A stretch of DNA of 63,645 nt, filler included, from 9 parts of 9 records of this genome joined end to end with filler, not necessarily neighbours in it, one strand, 5' to 3'; counted from the whole stretch's first letter, positions 10,030 through 21,565 are shown. The notes: generated by a model not told the origin, from the letters alone. Translations and numbers: made by a program.

Positions 10030-10370
10030 ATGAAACCAGATAAAATATCACCCTTAACAGAAGCCAGTTACTATATATTGATTTCCCTGATCGAACCGCT
10101 GCATGGCTATGGAGTAATGAAAAAAGTGGAAGAATACAGTTTCGGGCGACTTAACCTTGCACCCGGAACACTTTATGGAGCACTCACCACCCTGCAGAGT
10201 CATGAGCTTATAACCCAGTTCGGTGAAGCCGGAAGCAGGAAAAGAAACAGTACAAAGTAACTGTTAAAGGGATTGCATTGATAAAAACTGAAATTAAACG
10301 GCTGAGGGAGATGGCAGATAACGGTGAATCAGCCATTAAGCTGTTTGGAGGTGATGAGTATGCAGAGTGA
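10030..10370 (+). CDS. PadR-family transcriptional regulator (frameshift near 10245)
   Basis: PLTEASYYIL, HGYGVMK, GTLYGAL; the shifted frame continues KQYKVTVKG...EIKRLREM to TGA at 10368. Confidence 0.88.
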
Positions 10371-10919
10371 GAGCGTTATTTTAAAAAAGTGGAAGATTTT
10401 CTGGGCTTGGGAAGATGAGCGGGAAACCGCTTGGCTGCAAAGTATGTCACAGAAGGGCTGGCATCTGAAAAAGTTGCCCCGTTTCGGTACACATTCACCA
10501 CAGGCAAGCCGCTTAATTATACCTATGGAATAGATTATGTAACTATTAAGAAAAATGATCTGCCTGAATATCTCGATATATACGAAACGCTCGGGTGGGA
10601 ACTGGCGGCAACCCTCAGCGGATACTATTATTTCCGAATTGATGCAGATAAAAACCCCGACAGGGATATATTCAGTAACAATGAGTCCCGAATAAAAAAG
10701 TATCGCAGTATTCTGCTTATCCTGGCTGTTGTCAGTTTTCCTCTTTGGTTCATCCTGCTTACCGGACGTGCAACAGATATGATATCGCAATCAGGCATCG
10801 TTGGGATTATATACAAAACCGCATTCATCATATATATCCCGATTGCCATACTCTATATAACAGCATTTATAAAACTGATGAGAAAAATCAATGCGTACAA
10901 GAAAAAAATTGAGGAGTAG
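10360..10919 (+). CDS. DUF2812-like membrane protein (frameshift near 10475)
   Basis: E.ETAWLQSMSQKGWHL, Y.IDY, YLDIYETLGWE and IFSNNESRI motifs plus two C-terminal TM helices; usual partner of PadR. Confidence 0.82.
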
Positions 10920-11061
10920 CATCAATCAGCAAAACATAGATTTTGTCTGTTAATACCTCAATCTCTAGTATATAATTTATTATCCTGCCGCACTTATACA
11001 ATCTGATTTACGGCAGGAGTTTTCTGTATCACAGCAGCAGGTTATCAATGAACAGGGAAAA

Positions 11062-11161
11062 NNNNNNNNNNNNNNNNNNNNNNNNNNNNNNNNNNNNNNN
11101 NNNNNTTAATTAATTAANNNNNNNNNNNNNNNNNNNNNNNNNNNNNNNNNNNNNNNNNNNN
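11062..11161. other. Artificial contig spacer
   Basis: 44 N + TTAATTAATTAA + 44 N. Confidence 0.99.
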
Positions 11162-11924
11162 GGAATTTCTAAATCGGTGATTTCGGGTGAAGGTTCGAAG
11201 GATGTTTCCACCTCAGGCGCTGAGTCCGGTTTTGGATCTGAATGGATTTCAGGAGCATTTTCCTCATCCTTGAGCCTGAAAGCTTCCAGGAGAATGAAAT
11301 CGAGAGATTTTTCAATTTTTTTCTCTTTCCGCCGGCAAACATTATCCATCTCAATATCAGCGTCATCCCAAATCATAATCTCCATGGCGGCTTTTTCCCC
11401 TTGGAGATCAGAGGTTTGGGCATCACATAATTCGCCTTTGTCGATAAACAGGAAGCCGGACTGGCCCCCAAGCTGATTTTCAGAGTACAGCTCTTTTTTT
11501 CCAGATGAACCATCTGCAGGAAGGATGCTAGGGTTATCCCGCGAATAAAACTGCGTGATTTTTCAGAAAGGGCCTGTTCAATCATCTGGGTGAGAGCATC
11601 GAAATCAAGGGGTTTCTCCAGGTAATGAAAAGCCGTCATGCTGGAGATTTTTTCTTCGATTTCCGGTGTGCCGAAAGCGGTCATGACAATGACCGGCAAA
11701 TAGGGATCTTTTTTGCTGACATTGGCAAGTAGTTCAAATCCGTCCATGACCGGCATGTGGAGATCTGTCACCAGAAGGTCAATTTTTTGTCGCTTGAGCA
11801 CTTCCAGGGCTTCTTCGCCGTTATTTGCACAGGCAACTTTTATCTGGTCGCTGTAGGTGGCAATTCCATCCTGCAGGCTTTCCAGAAAAGGTCTTTCATC
11901 GTCAACGATAAGAATAGTTTTCAT
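11162..11924 (-). CDS. Response regulator with DUF4388/PatA_N-like domain (frameshift near 11465; runs off contig)
   Basis: REC motifs IVDDE, VTDLHMPVMDG, MTAFG and YLEKP, then GITLASFLQMVHLEKKSCTL. Confidence 0.87.
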
Positions 11925-13089
11925 GATCCATGTCCATCCCGGATTTTAGCTGTTTTCTGTAGGTTGTCTTTTGAATTATCAGAGGCAAGAGTCTGCACCA
12001 GAGGGATGATCAGGCGAACGACCGTACCCACTCCTGCAGCGCTCTGAATAGCGATACTGACATTCATCCTTGCCAGAAGTTTCTGTGTAATGACCAGTCC
12101 AAGTCCGGTTCCATGAGGTTTGTTGGTGCAGAAAGGCTGAAAAGATGTTGTTGCTGTTCCGGAGACATACCGCAGCCATTGTCCCCGATCTCCAGGCCGA
12201 TATAGTCGTCCCCAAGCCTGGGAACGATGCGGATTTGAGGCGATGGACAGGCGTCCAGAGCGTCGGCGGCATTGGCCAGAATGTTTAGTAACGCTTGGTT
12301 CATCGCTCGCGAGTCGATCAGCACCGAAGTTTCCCTAGGAAGTGAAGCGAAGCTTAAAGAAATATTTTTTTCTTTAAAATCCCTGGAGACCAGATCCATG
12401 AAATTGTTCAGGTAGAGTCCAAAATTAACGGGCTTGATGTCGAAATTTTCGTACATGCTGAAATTTTTCAGGGATTTCAACATGTATTCCATTCTTGCAA
12501 CTTCCGTAACAATCCGGTCGATATAGTTGCAGACGGTTTCTCTCGAAAAAGAATCCAGGTTTTTCTGCATGACACTGAGGGTCATCTTAATTGAATTGAG
12601 AGGATTACCCATTTCGTGACGTATTCCGGAAAAAATCAGCCCAATATTGTCCATGGTGTTGACCGCCTGGGCAATGGATTCCAGGCGCATTTTTTCCGTG
12701 ATATCTCTAATGAAAATACATAGGTGGCATTCCGAAACAGGATAGGTTGAAAAACCGAGCATGCGCTGGCCGTGCTGAACAACTTGAGATGAAAAAGAAG
12801 ACGTGGGTTGTTCCTCCTTGGGGCGACCCGTTTTTTCTGAGAAAAGGTATTTTTCCAGGCTCTGATAGTTCAATTGATTTGCTGATGTTTGCAGGATGTT
12901 CAGAGCCGTAGTATTGCTGAATTCAATGGTTTTTTCCTGCGGGTTGACGATGATGATGCCAATATCGATTCCTTTCAGGATATCTTCGAAAAACCACTCC
13001 CTCTGCGGTGTTGGATCGTCGCATGGCCGGGCTGCCCCTGAGTGTGGGGTGCAGTATGTGGCTTCAGAGGTTTTCATGGTTTCAAACAT
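11902..13089 (-). CDS. Cytoplasmic PAS-histidine kinase (frameshift near 12140)
   Basis: H box RHEMGNPLNSI, N box QALLNILANA, DNGCGM; after the shift, PFCTNKPHGTGLGL. No TM segment. Confidence 0.9.
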
Positions 13090-13182
13090 CAATCAACCAG
13101 GTTTTAATTAAAAATTATTTTTGAAAAAGTGGACGATTTTCTTCACCAATTTATGCCGTATTATTAAATTGGTTGTCCAATT

Positions 13183-13198
13183 TGCAATTTGGGTGCCG
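13183..13198 (-). promoter_or_regulatory. Putative sigma-54 promoter for the kinase/regulator operon
   Basis: Minus strand reads CGGCACCCAAATTGCA, i.e. GG-N10-GC and close to consensus. Confidence 0.7.
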
Positions 13199-13490
13199 CT
13201 TTAATGCCTTTGATAGAGGGAGGCTATTTTTTGAATGCGCCAGAAGTTCGAAGCTGACGAAAAGGTTAGATTTAAATAATTAGCAAATTTATAAGATGTA
13301 GGTTTGGGGAATAATTTTAATCAAAAATTTTTTAAAAATTCAATATTTTGACAAAAAAGACATTTTGGTAGTGATTTTTTTGCATGGGATTGGGCTTGAT
13401 AGAAGGCATGACAATCCGGACAGGTAAAATATCAAAAAAAGACGAAATTTCTGAGGAAAAATTTCATTAAAAATTCCAAAAAATAAAAAA

Positions 13491-13506
13491 TGGCTCAACT
13501 ACTGCA
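13491..13506 (+). promoter_or_regulatory. Putative sigma-54 promoter for the Cache/PDC gene
   Basis: TGGCTCAACTACTGCA (GG-N10-GC), about 105 bp before the ATG. Confidence 0.55.
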
Positions 13507-13611
13507 TGTCATTGTCCCATTGAATGAAATATTCACGCGCATCGATGTCTGGGATTTGAATTATCAGCAAAATCGGTTTGTCCCTCTAGAAAGCGACAAG
13601 GAGAGAAGTTC

Positions 13612-14181
13612 ATGTTGAGCAAAAGTCGGTTTATGTCTTTATTGACTGTTCTTATTTCAATTCTGATTATCAGCATCAATTTATCGTTTGCCGAAGCTGC
13701 TTCTCAAGAGATAATTGATCTTGCCCACAGTAAGCTTGCCGCAATTGGAAAAGACCCCATTATTGTTGCGGCCGTTAAAGCCGAAAATGCTAAAGGAAAA
13801 ACCCTCGACGAAATTAAGGTTAAGGATAAAGAGTGGATTTCCACCCAGGGTCTCACCCCTGAAATGCGGGGAATGATGAATTCCGAGACCGGGCGGCATC
13901 TTTCAAATATTTTATATAGCACACAGTATTTCGGGGAAATTTTTGTGATGGACAATCAGGGTGCCAACGTCGCCATGACCAGCAAAACATCCGATTATTG
14001 GCAGGGGGATGAGAACAAATTCAAAAAAGCTTTCAACGATGGTAAAGGTGCTATCTTTGTCGACGAAGTAGAGTTTGATTTGAGTGCCATGGCGTTTTTG
14101 GTTCAGGTTTCGGTCCCGGTCATGGACGGGGAAAAAGCCATCGGTGCGATCACTTTTGGTATTGATGCCGACAGGATTTAA
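13612..14181 (+). CDS. Stand-alone periplasmic Cache/PDC sensor-domain protein
   Basis: Signal peptide; EIFVMDNQGANVA, TSDYWQGDE, QVSVPV and IGAITFGID; no output domain. Confidence 0.8.
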   Translation: MLSKSRFMSLLTVLISILIISINLSFAEAASQEIIDLAHSKLAAIGKDPIIVAAVKAENAKGKTLDEIKVKDKEWISTQGLTPEMRGMMNSETGRHLSNILYSTQYFGEIFVMDNQGANVAMTSKTSDYWQGDENKFKKAFNDGKGAIFVDEVEFDLSAMAFLVQVSVPVMDGEKAIGAITFGIDADRI

Positions 14182-14524
14182 AACCTTTTTCGCAAAATTA
14201 TTAGCCACGGGAGGATGATTGGAGTATGAACACTGTCCTCCCAAGCCGATGAGGTCTTTTGGGGAGAAAATCCAACTTTTAAAGAGAAAAAGTTTTTCTT
14301 TTCTTTTCCTGATACTATTCCAAAAAATCGCTGCAAAAGCCCCCGGTCTTTATTTTAAAAAATGTCGCTACAATTAATAACACAACCTCTTCCTGTAGCC
14401 TCAAGCACGCGATGAGGACAGGGTACTAGTCGTGTCAGATTTCCCCTCCGTCCAAGCTCTTTCTGGAAAAATATCTCCTCAAAAAGCCCGAAAAAATGTA
14501 CAGCCCCTTGCCGGCTCCAATAGT

Positions 14525-16282
14525 CTAGTCCCCCTTGGGGACCAGGAGGCGAGCGATCCTTTTGCTCAGAGTATAAATCCGCTTTAGTTTGTCGATCATC
14601 TCAAATTCGATGTTCAGGGTTGCCAGTCGGGTTTCATCACTCTGAGCAAGGCTTTCCGCCTGGCGCTTCAGAGCTGCCTGGACCTGGGCGTCAATTCTGC
14701 TGCGCAGGGCGATAACCTCCTGTGCGGCCTGCTGATCATTTTCCACGATAGCGCGCACGGCGGTCTCGAGGGCCAAGCGGGTGCTTTCATAGAGGTCGGC
14801 CAGCATGGTCTCCATGGTTTCGCTGGGCTGTAGATTGTCGTTGATCATTTTTCTTCCGACCAAACTGAGATCCGTCTCCAGCACATCCCCGATGCTCTCC
14901 AGATTGGCAGCCGTCTGGCTGAGGCGGAAATATTCCTGGCTCTCCTCATCCGTCAGATTGCGCTTGCCGACACGATTCAGATAACTGTTGATTTCGGCAT
15001 AGAGGATGTCGGCCGCATCATCCAGTTTTTCCAACTCCCGGAACAAATGCTCATTCCGCTCCCGGAGACCCCGTTGGGCCTGTGCCAGCATTCCTTCAAT
15101 CTGTTCACCGAGGTGGCCGATCTCGAGTCGCGCCATCTGCAGGCCCAGGGAGGGAGTGTCGATCAGAAGCTTGTTGAGGTATTTCGGTTCGATGATGCGT
15201 TTTTTTCTGGTGGGCTCCCGGTCGGGAAGCAGCCAGGTTGCCAGCCTGGCCATGGGGGCCGCGAAGCCGATGAACAACAGAGTATTGATGGTATTAAACA
15301 GGGTGTGGGCGTTGGCTATCTGACGTGGTGTTTCCGCCGCCAGCCGGAGTTGGCCTGACAGGTCGGGATGAAGCGGCGAGATGGCCGCTGCCATCTGGGC
15401 GAGTTGACCGATAAAGCCGAGCCATACCAGTACCCCCAGAATATTGAACAGGACATGGAGGAACGCTGCGCGCACGGCCATCCGCGGTTTCCCCACCGAG
15501 GCCAGCAGGGCCGTGACACAGGTGCCGATGTTGGCGCCAAGAGCCAGGGCAATACCCCCTTCGAGAGTAATAAAGCCCTGACTGGCCATGGCGATGACAA
15601 TTCCTGTGGTTGCTGCTGAGGATTGCACCACGGCCGTAAAAGCGCCCCCGATCAGAATACCGAGGCCGGGTTTTTCCATGCTGAGCATCAGGTCGAGAAA
15701 CGGCTGGTAGTTGCGCAGTGGAGCCATCGCCTCACCCATGACATTCATCCCGAAAAAGAGCAGGCCCAGGCCGAAGATCATGCCTCCGTACTGGCGCAAC
15801 GTGTCCACCTTGGAGAAAAAACTGACCGCGAACCCTACGGCGATGAGGGCCAGGGCCAGTTTGGTCACTTTGAAGGCGATGATCTGAGGAGTAATTGTGG
15901 TGCCGATATTGGCTCCCATGATCACTCCGATCGACTGGTTCAGGGTCATCAGTCCTGCACTGACAAAACCGACTACCAGCACCGTGGTCACGGAGGAAGA
16001 TTGGATGACGCCCGTGACAAAAGCCCCGGTTAGCGCCCCGGTGAAACGGTTGGTAGTCAGTTTGGCCAGAATCAACTTCATTTTGCCTCCGGCCGCAGCT
16101 TTTAGGGCTTTGGTCATTTGCTCCATACCGTACAGCAAAAGCGCCATCCCGCCGAACAGTCCCATGGTCATGTTGGCCCAGGCCAGTTCCCCTACTGTTG
16201 TCTGCCCAGCCAATACGGGTGCTCCCAGCACCAGTGCAAGGAGGCACAAAAATAAAGGTCTATAAAGATTGGCCTTTGACAT
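14525..16282 (-). CDS. Na+/Pi cotransporter with PhoU-like domains
   Basis: Two QSSS/QSSA...GANIGT repeats, IANAHTLFN, helical C-terminus. Confidence 0.93.
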   Translation of the reverse strand: MSKANLYRPLFLCLLALVLGAPVLAGQTTVGELAWANMTMGLFGGMALLLYGMEQMTKALKAAAGGKMKLILAKLTTNRFTGALTGAFVTGVIQSSSVTTVLVVGFVSAGLMTLNQSIGVIMGANIGTTITPQIIAFKVTKLALALIAVGFAVSFFSKVDTLRQYGGMIFGLGLLFFGMNVMGEAMAPLRNYQPFLDLMLSMEKPGLGILIGGAFTAVVQSSAATTGIVIAMASQGFITLEGGIALALGANIGTCVTALLASVGKPRMAVRAAFLHVLFNILGVLVWLGFIGQLAQMAAAISPLHPDLSGQLRLAAETPRQIANAHTLFNTINTLLFIGFAAPMARLATWLLPDREPTRKKRIIEPKYLNKLLIDTPSLGLQMARLEIGHLGEQIEGMLAQAQRGLRERNEHLFRELEKLDDAADILYAEINSYLNRVGKRNLTDEESQEYFRLSQTAANLESIGDVLETDLSLVGRKMINDNLQPSETMETMLADLYESTRLALETAVRAIVENDQQAAQEVIALRSRIDAQVQAALKRQAESLAQSDETRLATLNIEFEMIDKLKRIYTLSKRIARLLVPKGD

Positions 16283-16417
16283 GGATCCAGCCCTGTTTGT
16301 GGTCGGACAATTGGGTTGCCGCGTTCACACCACTGAACGCATAAAACGATTTGGATAAGATTTAATTATATCGACTTACGGGATTAAATCTTCAAATGTC
16401 CGCTGGCGAGCATTTTT

Positions 16418-16517
16418 NNNNNNNNNNNNNNNNNNNNNNNNNNNNNNNNNNNNNNNNNNNNTTAATTAATTAANNNNNNNNNNNNNNNNNNNNNNNNNNN
16501 NNNNNNNNNNNNNNNNN
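16418..16517. other. Artificial contig spacer
   Basis: N-run with TTAATTAATTAA. Confidence 0.99.
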
Positions 16518-17870
16518 GGGTTCCCGTTCTGGCGGACCCTGACCACGGGCAAGGGCTCCGACCTTCTCCGGGATACCTACGGGATGCTGGATAATGGAAA
16601 GGTTTTCGGTCTTGTGGCGGACCAGGAGGGGGGCGCAGACCTTCAGATCAACGGCAAATCCCAGGCGGGCGCTCAAAATATGGCTGAGATTCAGCGGGAA
16701 ATAGGGGGGAAGATCCAGACCTGCGGCATGGCAACCACCGGCATCATGGCCGCCTTCAGGACCCTGATTTCCCATTATAATGCAAAGGAGAAGGATCTCA
16801 ATCTGATGGTCGTCGGCGGACCGGACGGCCTTCTTTCGCCAAATCCCCTGCTCTGTTACCGGGGCAGAATCACCCTTGCCATGGACCATACCGGCCTGCT
16901 TTTCGATCCCAAGGGCCTGGACCGAAAAGAGCTTGAAAGAATCGCCTTTGCAGGGAGCACCCCTTCTGGGACAAGTGCGTGCAAGGATTTTCTGGTTGAA
17001 AAACTCTCTCCCAAGGGATTTAAAGTTCCTGCCGCAGAAAAGCATCTGACCCTGCCCGACGGCAGGGTGGTTGAGGACGGGGCCATTTTTATGCGGCATT
17101 TTTTCTTTGATCCGGCAAACCGGGAGAGTATCCGCGAGGCCAAAATCCGGGCCTGCATTCCCCTGGGGGGATTTAACGGCATGGTCACCCAGAAAAACGT
17201 CGGTTCCTTTCTTGGGAATTTCAAGGAACTTGAGTTCATTGTCGAAGGGACCAATGGCTTTTTCAACGATCCGGCCAGGCAGGCCATTGCCGGAGAAACT
17301 CAGGTCAAGCAGATCAAGGATTCAACGGCAAATAAAGGCGGTGTCTTTTCCAGTGCCATTGCCGAGGGCCTGGCAGGGCTTCTTCTGGAGGACGGGTATG
17401 AGGCCATCCTTTTGGCGGATGCCAAAACCCGGTGGGCACTGATCCGTGAGGTCCTGACCCTGATTGACGCCCATGCATCCGCGGAAACCGGCATATTGGT
17501 AAGGATTCATCAGGCCGATCCCGGGATCCCTTTATTCAGCCTCTCCGACAAGGCCGGTGAAGATATCCTGGCCCTTCAGGCGCTGATCAGGGCCAGGCTT
17601 AATTCCATCCTCAAGCAAAAAGGCCTTGTCTGGAAGATCATGGAAGCCTATATCCCCAAGGTGCTGATCAAAACCCTGGGCAAGAAACGGATCATGGCCC
17701 TTTTAAATGCAGATCATATGCAGGAATACAGGGATGCCATCATCACCAAAAAACTGGCATCCATGGCTTTTTACCGGTTCGGCCTTGAGTGGGACCACTT
17801 TTTTGACAGGTGTACGTCCGATTTTTCTTCCGCAATGGCGGCGGTGTTCGCCCCGGATCAGAAGGGGTGA
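16518..17870 (+). CDS. Large NAD-glutamate dehydrogenase-like protein, C-terminal part (divergent)
   Basis: WRTLTTGK, GGPDG, DPKGLDRKEL and IKDSTANKGGVFSS; frame is open from the contig start. Confidence 0.8.
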   Translation, partial: GFPFWRTLTTGKGSDLLRDTYGMLDNGKVFGLVADQEGGADLQINGKSQAGAQNMAEIQREIGGKIQTCGMATTGIMAAFRTLISHYNAKEKDLNLMVVGGPDGLLSPNPLLCYRGRITLAMDHTGLLFDPKGLDRKELERIAFAGSTPSGTSACKDFLVEKLSPKGFKVPAAEKHLTLPDGRVVEDGAIFMRHFFFDPANRESIREAKIRACIPLGGFNGMVTQKNVGSFLGNFKELEFIVEGTNGFFNDPARQAIAGETQVKQIKDSTANKGGVFSSAIAEGLAGLLLEDGYEAILLADAKTRWALIREVLTLIDAHASAETGILVRIHQADPGIPLFSLSDKAGEDILALQALIRARLNSILKQKGLVWKIMEAYIPKVLIKTLGKKRIMALLNADHMQEYRDAIITKKLASMAFYRFGLEWDHFFDRCTSDFSSAMAAVFAPDQKG

Positions 17871-17916
17871 TCCTGCTCTTTTATCGGTTGTAACAGGAAT
17901 TTGTCCAGGAGGAAAA

Positions 17917-19396
17917 ATGGGTAAACGAAAGCAAAAACTGATTCTGATTGTTAGTATTCTTTTAATCGCAGGTTTTCTGGCCACCAGCCTTGCCAGTTAT
18001 TATAGCTCCCTGTCATCGGTACGGTCCCAGATTGCTGACAGGGAACTGCCCCTGACCTGTGATAATATCTATTCTGAAATTCAAAGGGATCTTCTGTCAC
18101 CGGCTTTTATCTCCTCACTCATGGCCAATGACACCTTTTTACGGGACTGGGTGCTCAACGGCGAGAAAGACGTGGCCCAGATGACCCGTTACCTTAAGCA
18201 GATCCAGGTGCGCTACAATACGGTTACCAGTTTTTTTGTCTCTGAACAGACTAAAATATATTACCACTTCAACGGTATCCTCAAAAAGGTGAAAAAGGGG
18301 GAAGACCGGGATCGCTGGTATTTCAGGGTGCGGGACATGGTATCGGACTATGAGATTAATGTGGATCCGGACATGGCCAATCGGGATTCCATGACCATTT
18401 TTATCAATTACAAGGTATATGATTACGAGAATCATTTTATCGGGGCCGCAGGGGTGGGGCTGACCGTGAGCTCGGTTAAAACCCTGATTAGAAAATACCA
18501 GGAAGACTACCAGCGGCGCATCTATTTTGCGGATCATACCGGCAAAATTCCCCTCCACGGGGATGAATGGCCGGACCATATCACCCGTCTCGACCAGATC
18601 CCGGCCGTGGCCGCCCTGACGCCCCGGATCCTGGCCCAGTCAAATGGAAGTTTTCGATACGAAAAGCAGGGGCACACCACCCATCTCAATACCCGGTATA
18701 TCCCCGAGCTTCACTGGTATCTGCTGGTGGAGCAGGATGAAGCGCCTTTCATCAAATCCATCCATCAGGCCTTCCGGGCCAATATGGTCATCTGTGCCGT
18801 CATCACCATGATTGTGCTGGGGCTGACCAACATCACCCTGTCATCCTACCAGAATCAGCTGGAGAAAATGGCCACAACAGATAAACTGACCGGGATCGGC
18901 AACCGCCAGGCCTTTGTCGCCTTTTTTGACCAGGCAATCAAAGAAGTTTTAAGAAAGAACCGGCCCCTCTCCCTTATTCTCTTTGATATCGATCATTTTA
19001 AGAGAACCAATGACAGGTTCGGGCATTTGGGCGGGGATGCCGTGATTCAGCATATCGTGGGTATCGCCCAAGGTGGGATCCGGGCGTCTGATATCCTATG
19101 CCGGTGGGGGAGAAGAATTTGTGATTCTCCTGAAGGAATGCCGCCTGGATGATGCATATCTCATTGCCGAAAAGATCCGGAAACGGGTGGAAAAAGAGCC
19201 GGCCGGGTATGAAAGCCACCAGGTTTTCACCAGCATCAGCCTGGGGGTGGGCCAGTATCGTCACGGGGACACCGGAGACAAGCTCCTGGCACGGGTGGAT
19301 GCCCTCTTATATGAGGCAAAGAAAAAGGGCCGGAACCGGACGGAAAAGGAATGCCCCATGGATTCAGGTTCTGCCTGCCAAAGCGACCGCGGATAA
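17917..19396 (+). CDS. Cache-sensor diguanylate cyclase (frameshift in G-run near 19105)
   Basis: TM-periplasmic-TM, then DKLTGIGNR and DIDHFKRTND; RWGGEEF once the shift is corrected. Confidence 0.92.
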
Positions 19397-19405
19397 GCCC
19401 CGGTT

Positions 19406-20753
19406 TTATTTGTGACCTATACGGACCCGGACCCCGCCGATACGGATGTAATCCGTTAAATTGTTGAAATACATATAACAATGGAGGGTGAGCATGCCCT
19501 GGCTGGCATTAATTTCATTGGGATCGGGGTATAGGGAAAAATATGAGTCCGAGGTGCTGGCGTAATTGGTGAAGCTTTCGACAATCTGTGTGTATGAAGA
19601 CGCCCCGGACTGCTTGTTCAGCCATGTGGATGTAATATAATTGTTCGCTGACACACATCGATAATAGACTCTCACCTCTTCGATTTTGACATTCTGTCCG
19701 AAAAGGTGCCCCGGAAGGGCAAGGGGAATGAAAACATTGGCATTTCCCGTTCCTCCGGTCTTTTTAATTGTGATGCTCCCGTTGGAGGAATGGGAGATCT
19801 GTGATGTGGATATGGTGCCTTTGACCGCCAATAATCCCGGGAACCAGAGATAAGAGTCCCCACTGCTCCGCAGGCCCCTGCCTCGATAAAGTCGGGGTGA
19901 AAATCCCCACATCCCCGTCTCCGACCTCTTCGGCATAAAGGCCGTAGCTGTTTCCCCGGGCGTATATCCCCTTGGCCGTGGCACTGGCGCCGTTATTGGC
20001 AACGGATAAAATATATCCGTCCTGGGCTCCGGAGATGGCATCCCCGGTGGTTTTGACGTAATCTTCGGCCAGGTCGGCCCCTGTGACCGCACCGTCTATA
20101 ATATGGGGGCTTGACACACTATCCGGGGCCAGTTTATTCCCTGTGACGGCATTGTTGGCCAGTTCCGAGGCGCTGACCGCCCCGTCTGCGATTTCTGCTG
20201 CGGCAACGGAGTTGGTGGCCAGGTCACTGGCCGTAATACTGTTGTCCCGGATCATGGCGGCGGTAATAGAATTGGCTTCATCCTGGTTTATATAGGAGGC
20301 ATTGAGATCGGAGATGGTTTGGCCTTCAAGGGTTTCCGCATCCTTAGCCTTCAGGGCATAGGGGACCGAGGTGATCTGCTGCCTGGGTGACATGGTTTCC
20401 CAGGTGCCCGTTGCCGTATGAAATACGGCGATTTCAAGCCAGGCCGTTCCGCCGGAAAAAATCTGGGGGGTCAAGGGTACCACGGATCCCAACTGGATAT
20501 TGTATATCCCTTTGATCACCAGAACACTCTGCTCTTCTCCGTCGGGATAGTTCCAGTCCAGCTGGGTCCCCCCTGTCTGGGCGTCAAACAGGTAAAACCG
20601 CATATCATAATGGCCGTCGGGCAGAGGATTTCCCGCATTATCCCTGAGGGAACCCTGATAATTGACCTGGCCGGGGACCTGACCGTTTGAGATCCCGCTG
20701 GTGAACAATATCAGGCCGATCATCAAAAAAAGCGCAAAATGTCTGAAACCCAT
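19406..20753 (-). CDS. Secreted fibre/adhesin-like protein (frameshift near 19870-19900)
   Basis: Signal peptide; N-domain VNYQGSLRD..G.P..G...F.L..LG...SVPYALKA; about six 10-aa repeats (e.g. IADGAVSASE); beta-rich C-terminal head. Confidence 0.72.
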
Positions 20754-20770
20754 GGGTATTTCCTCCATAT

Positions 20771-21154
20771 TTAATTGGGGCAGTCTGTCCGTCCGAATTC
20801 GAGGCAAAAGGTTGAAAGATCCGTGCCGGTATAGCCGCCGGGTAATCCCTGAATGAATTCATAAATGTCCAGGCCGTCCACATCCCCGTCATACAAAAAG
20901 TCCCAGGGACAGCCCGGGTCAAGGGTATGCCAGAACCCCGGCAAAATGTCGAAATTGGACGAAAAGGAGGGTGTGACAGGAGAGGGCTGGCCCAGGGTGG
21001 CATTGGTTTTAAAATGGGCCGAAGTCATGGGGCTTCCGCCGCCGGATATGACGCTTGCATCAATGGAAAAATGTGCACTCTCCATGGTTGCAGAAACGGG
21101 CTGGCCTGGGGTAAAGATCAATACAATGAAGATAAAAAGTATTCTAATCGCCAT
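20771..21154 (-). CDS. Small secreted protein with dockerin/EF-hand-like C-terminus
   Basis: Signal peptide; VISGGG..S....TLGQP...PGFW domain; tail DFLYDGDVDGLD...FGRTDC. Confidence 0.75.
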   Translation of the reverse strand: MAIRILFIFIVLIFTPGQPVSATMESAHFSIDASVISGGGSPMTSAHFKTNATLGQPSPVTPSFSSNFDILPGFWHTLDPGCPWDFLYDGDVDGLDIYEFIQGLPGGYTGTDLSTFCLEFGRTDCPN

Positions 21155-21565
21155 AAGGTTATCCTTAAAGATAAAGGATTCCGGAAAACCAAGCTTGCAG
21201 GGAGAACGCTGTTTGGGGAAAATTAATGGCCTGCACAGCCGGTGCGCCTTAATAATTCGATTGACACATGATTCCGAACCGGTAACCCTTTTTGGGTCAA
21301 AAAAGTCGAAAGATTAAATTTTCAGAGCATGGAACCCGGTTTCGTCAAAATAAAAAGGGGGTGAATTTGTCAAGGGAAATTTGACCTGGATAACACCCTC
21401 TGAAATTCACGTCTTATCAGCCCGGATATTTCACGAAGTGTTTTGCGTTAGCTGCAAGATCTGCCGGATTTTTCATTGATTTGCCATGGTTACCTTTTAT
21501 GGATCTTGCGAATTTTTGGGAAACATTATAGGAATGATCCAAAACCCTTGAATTCGGGAGAGACA

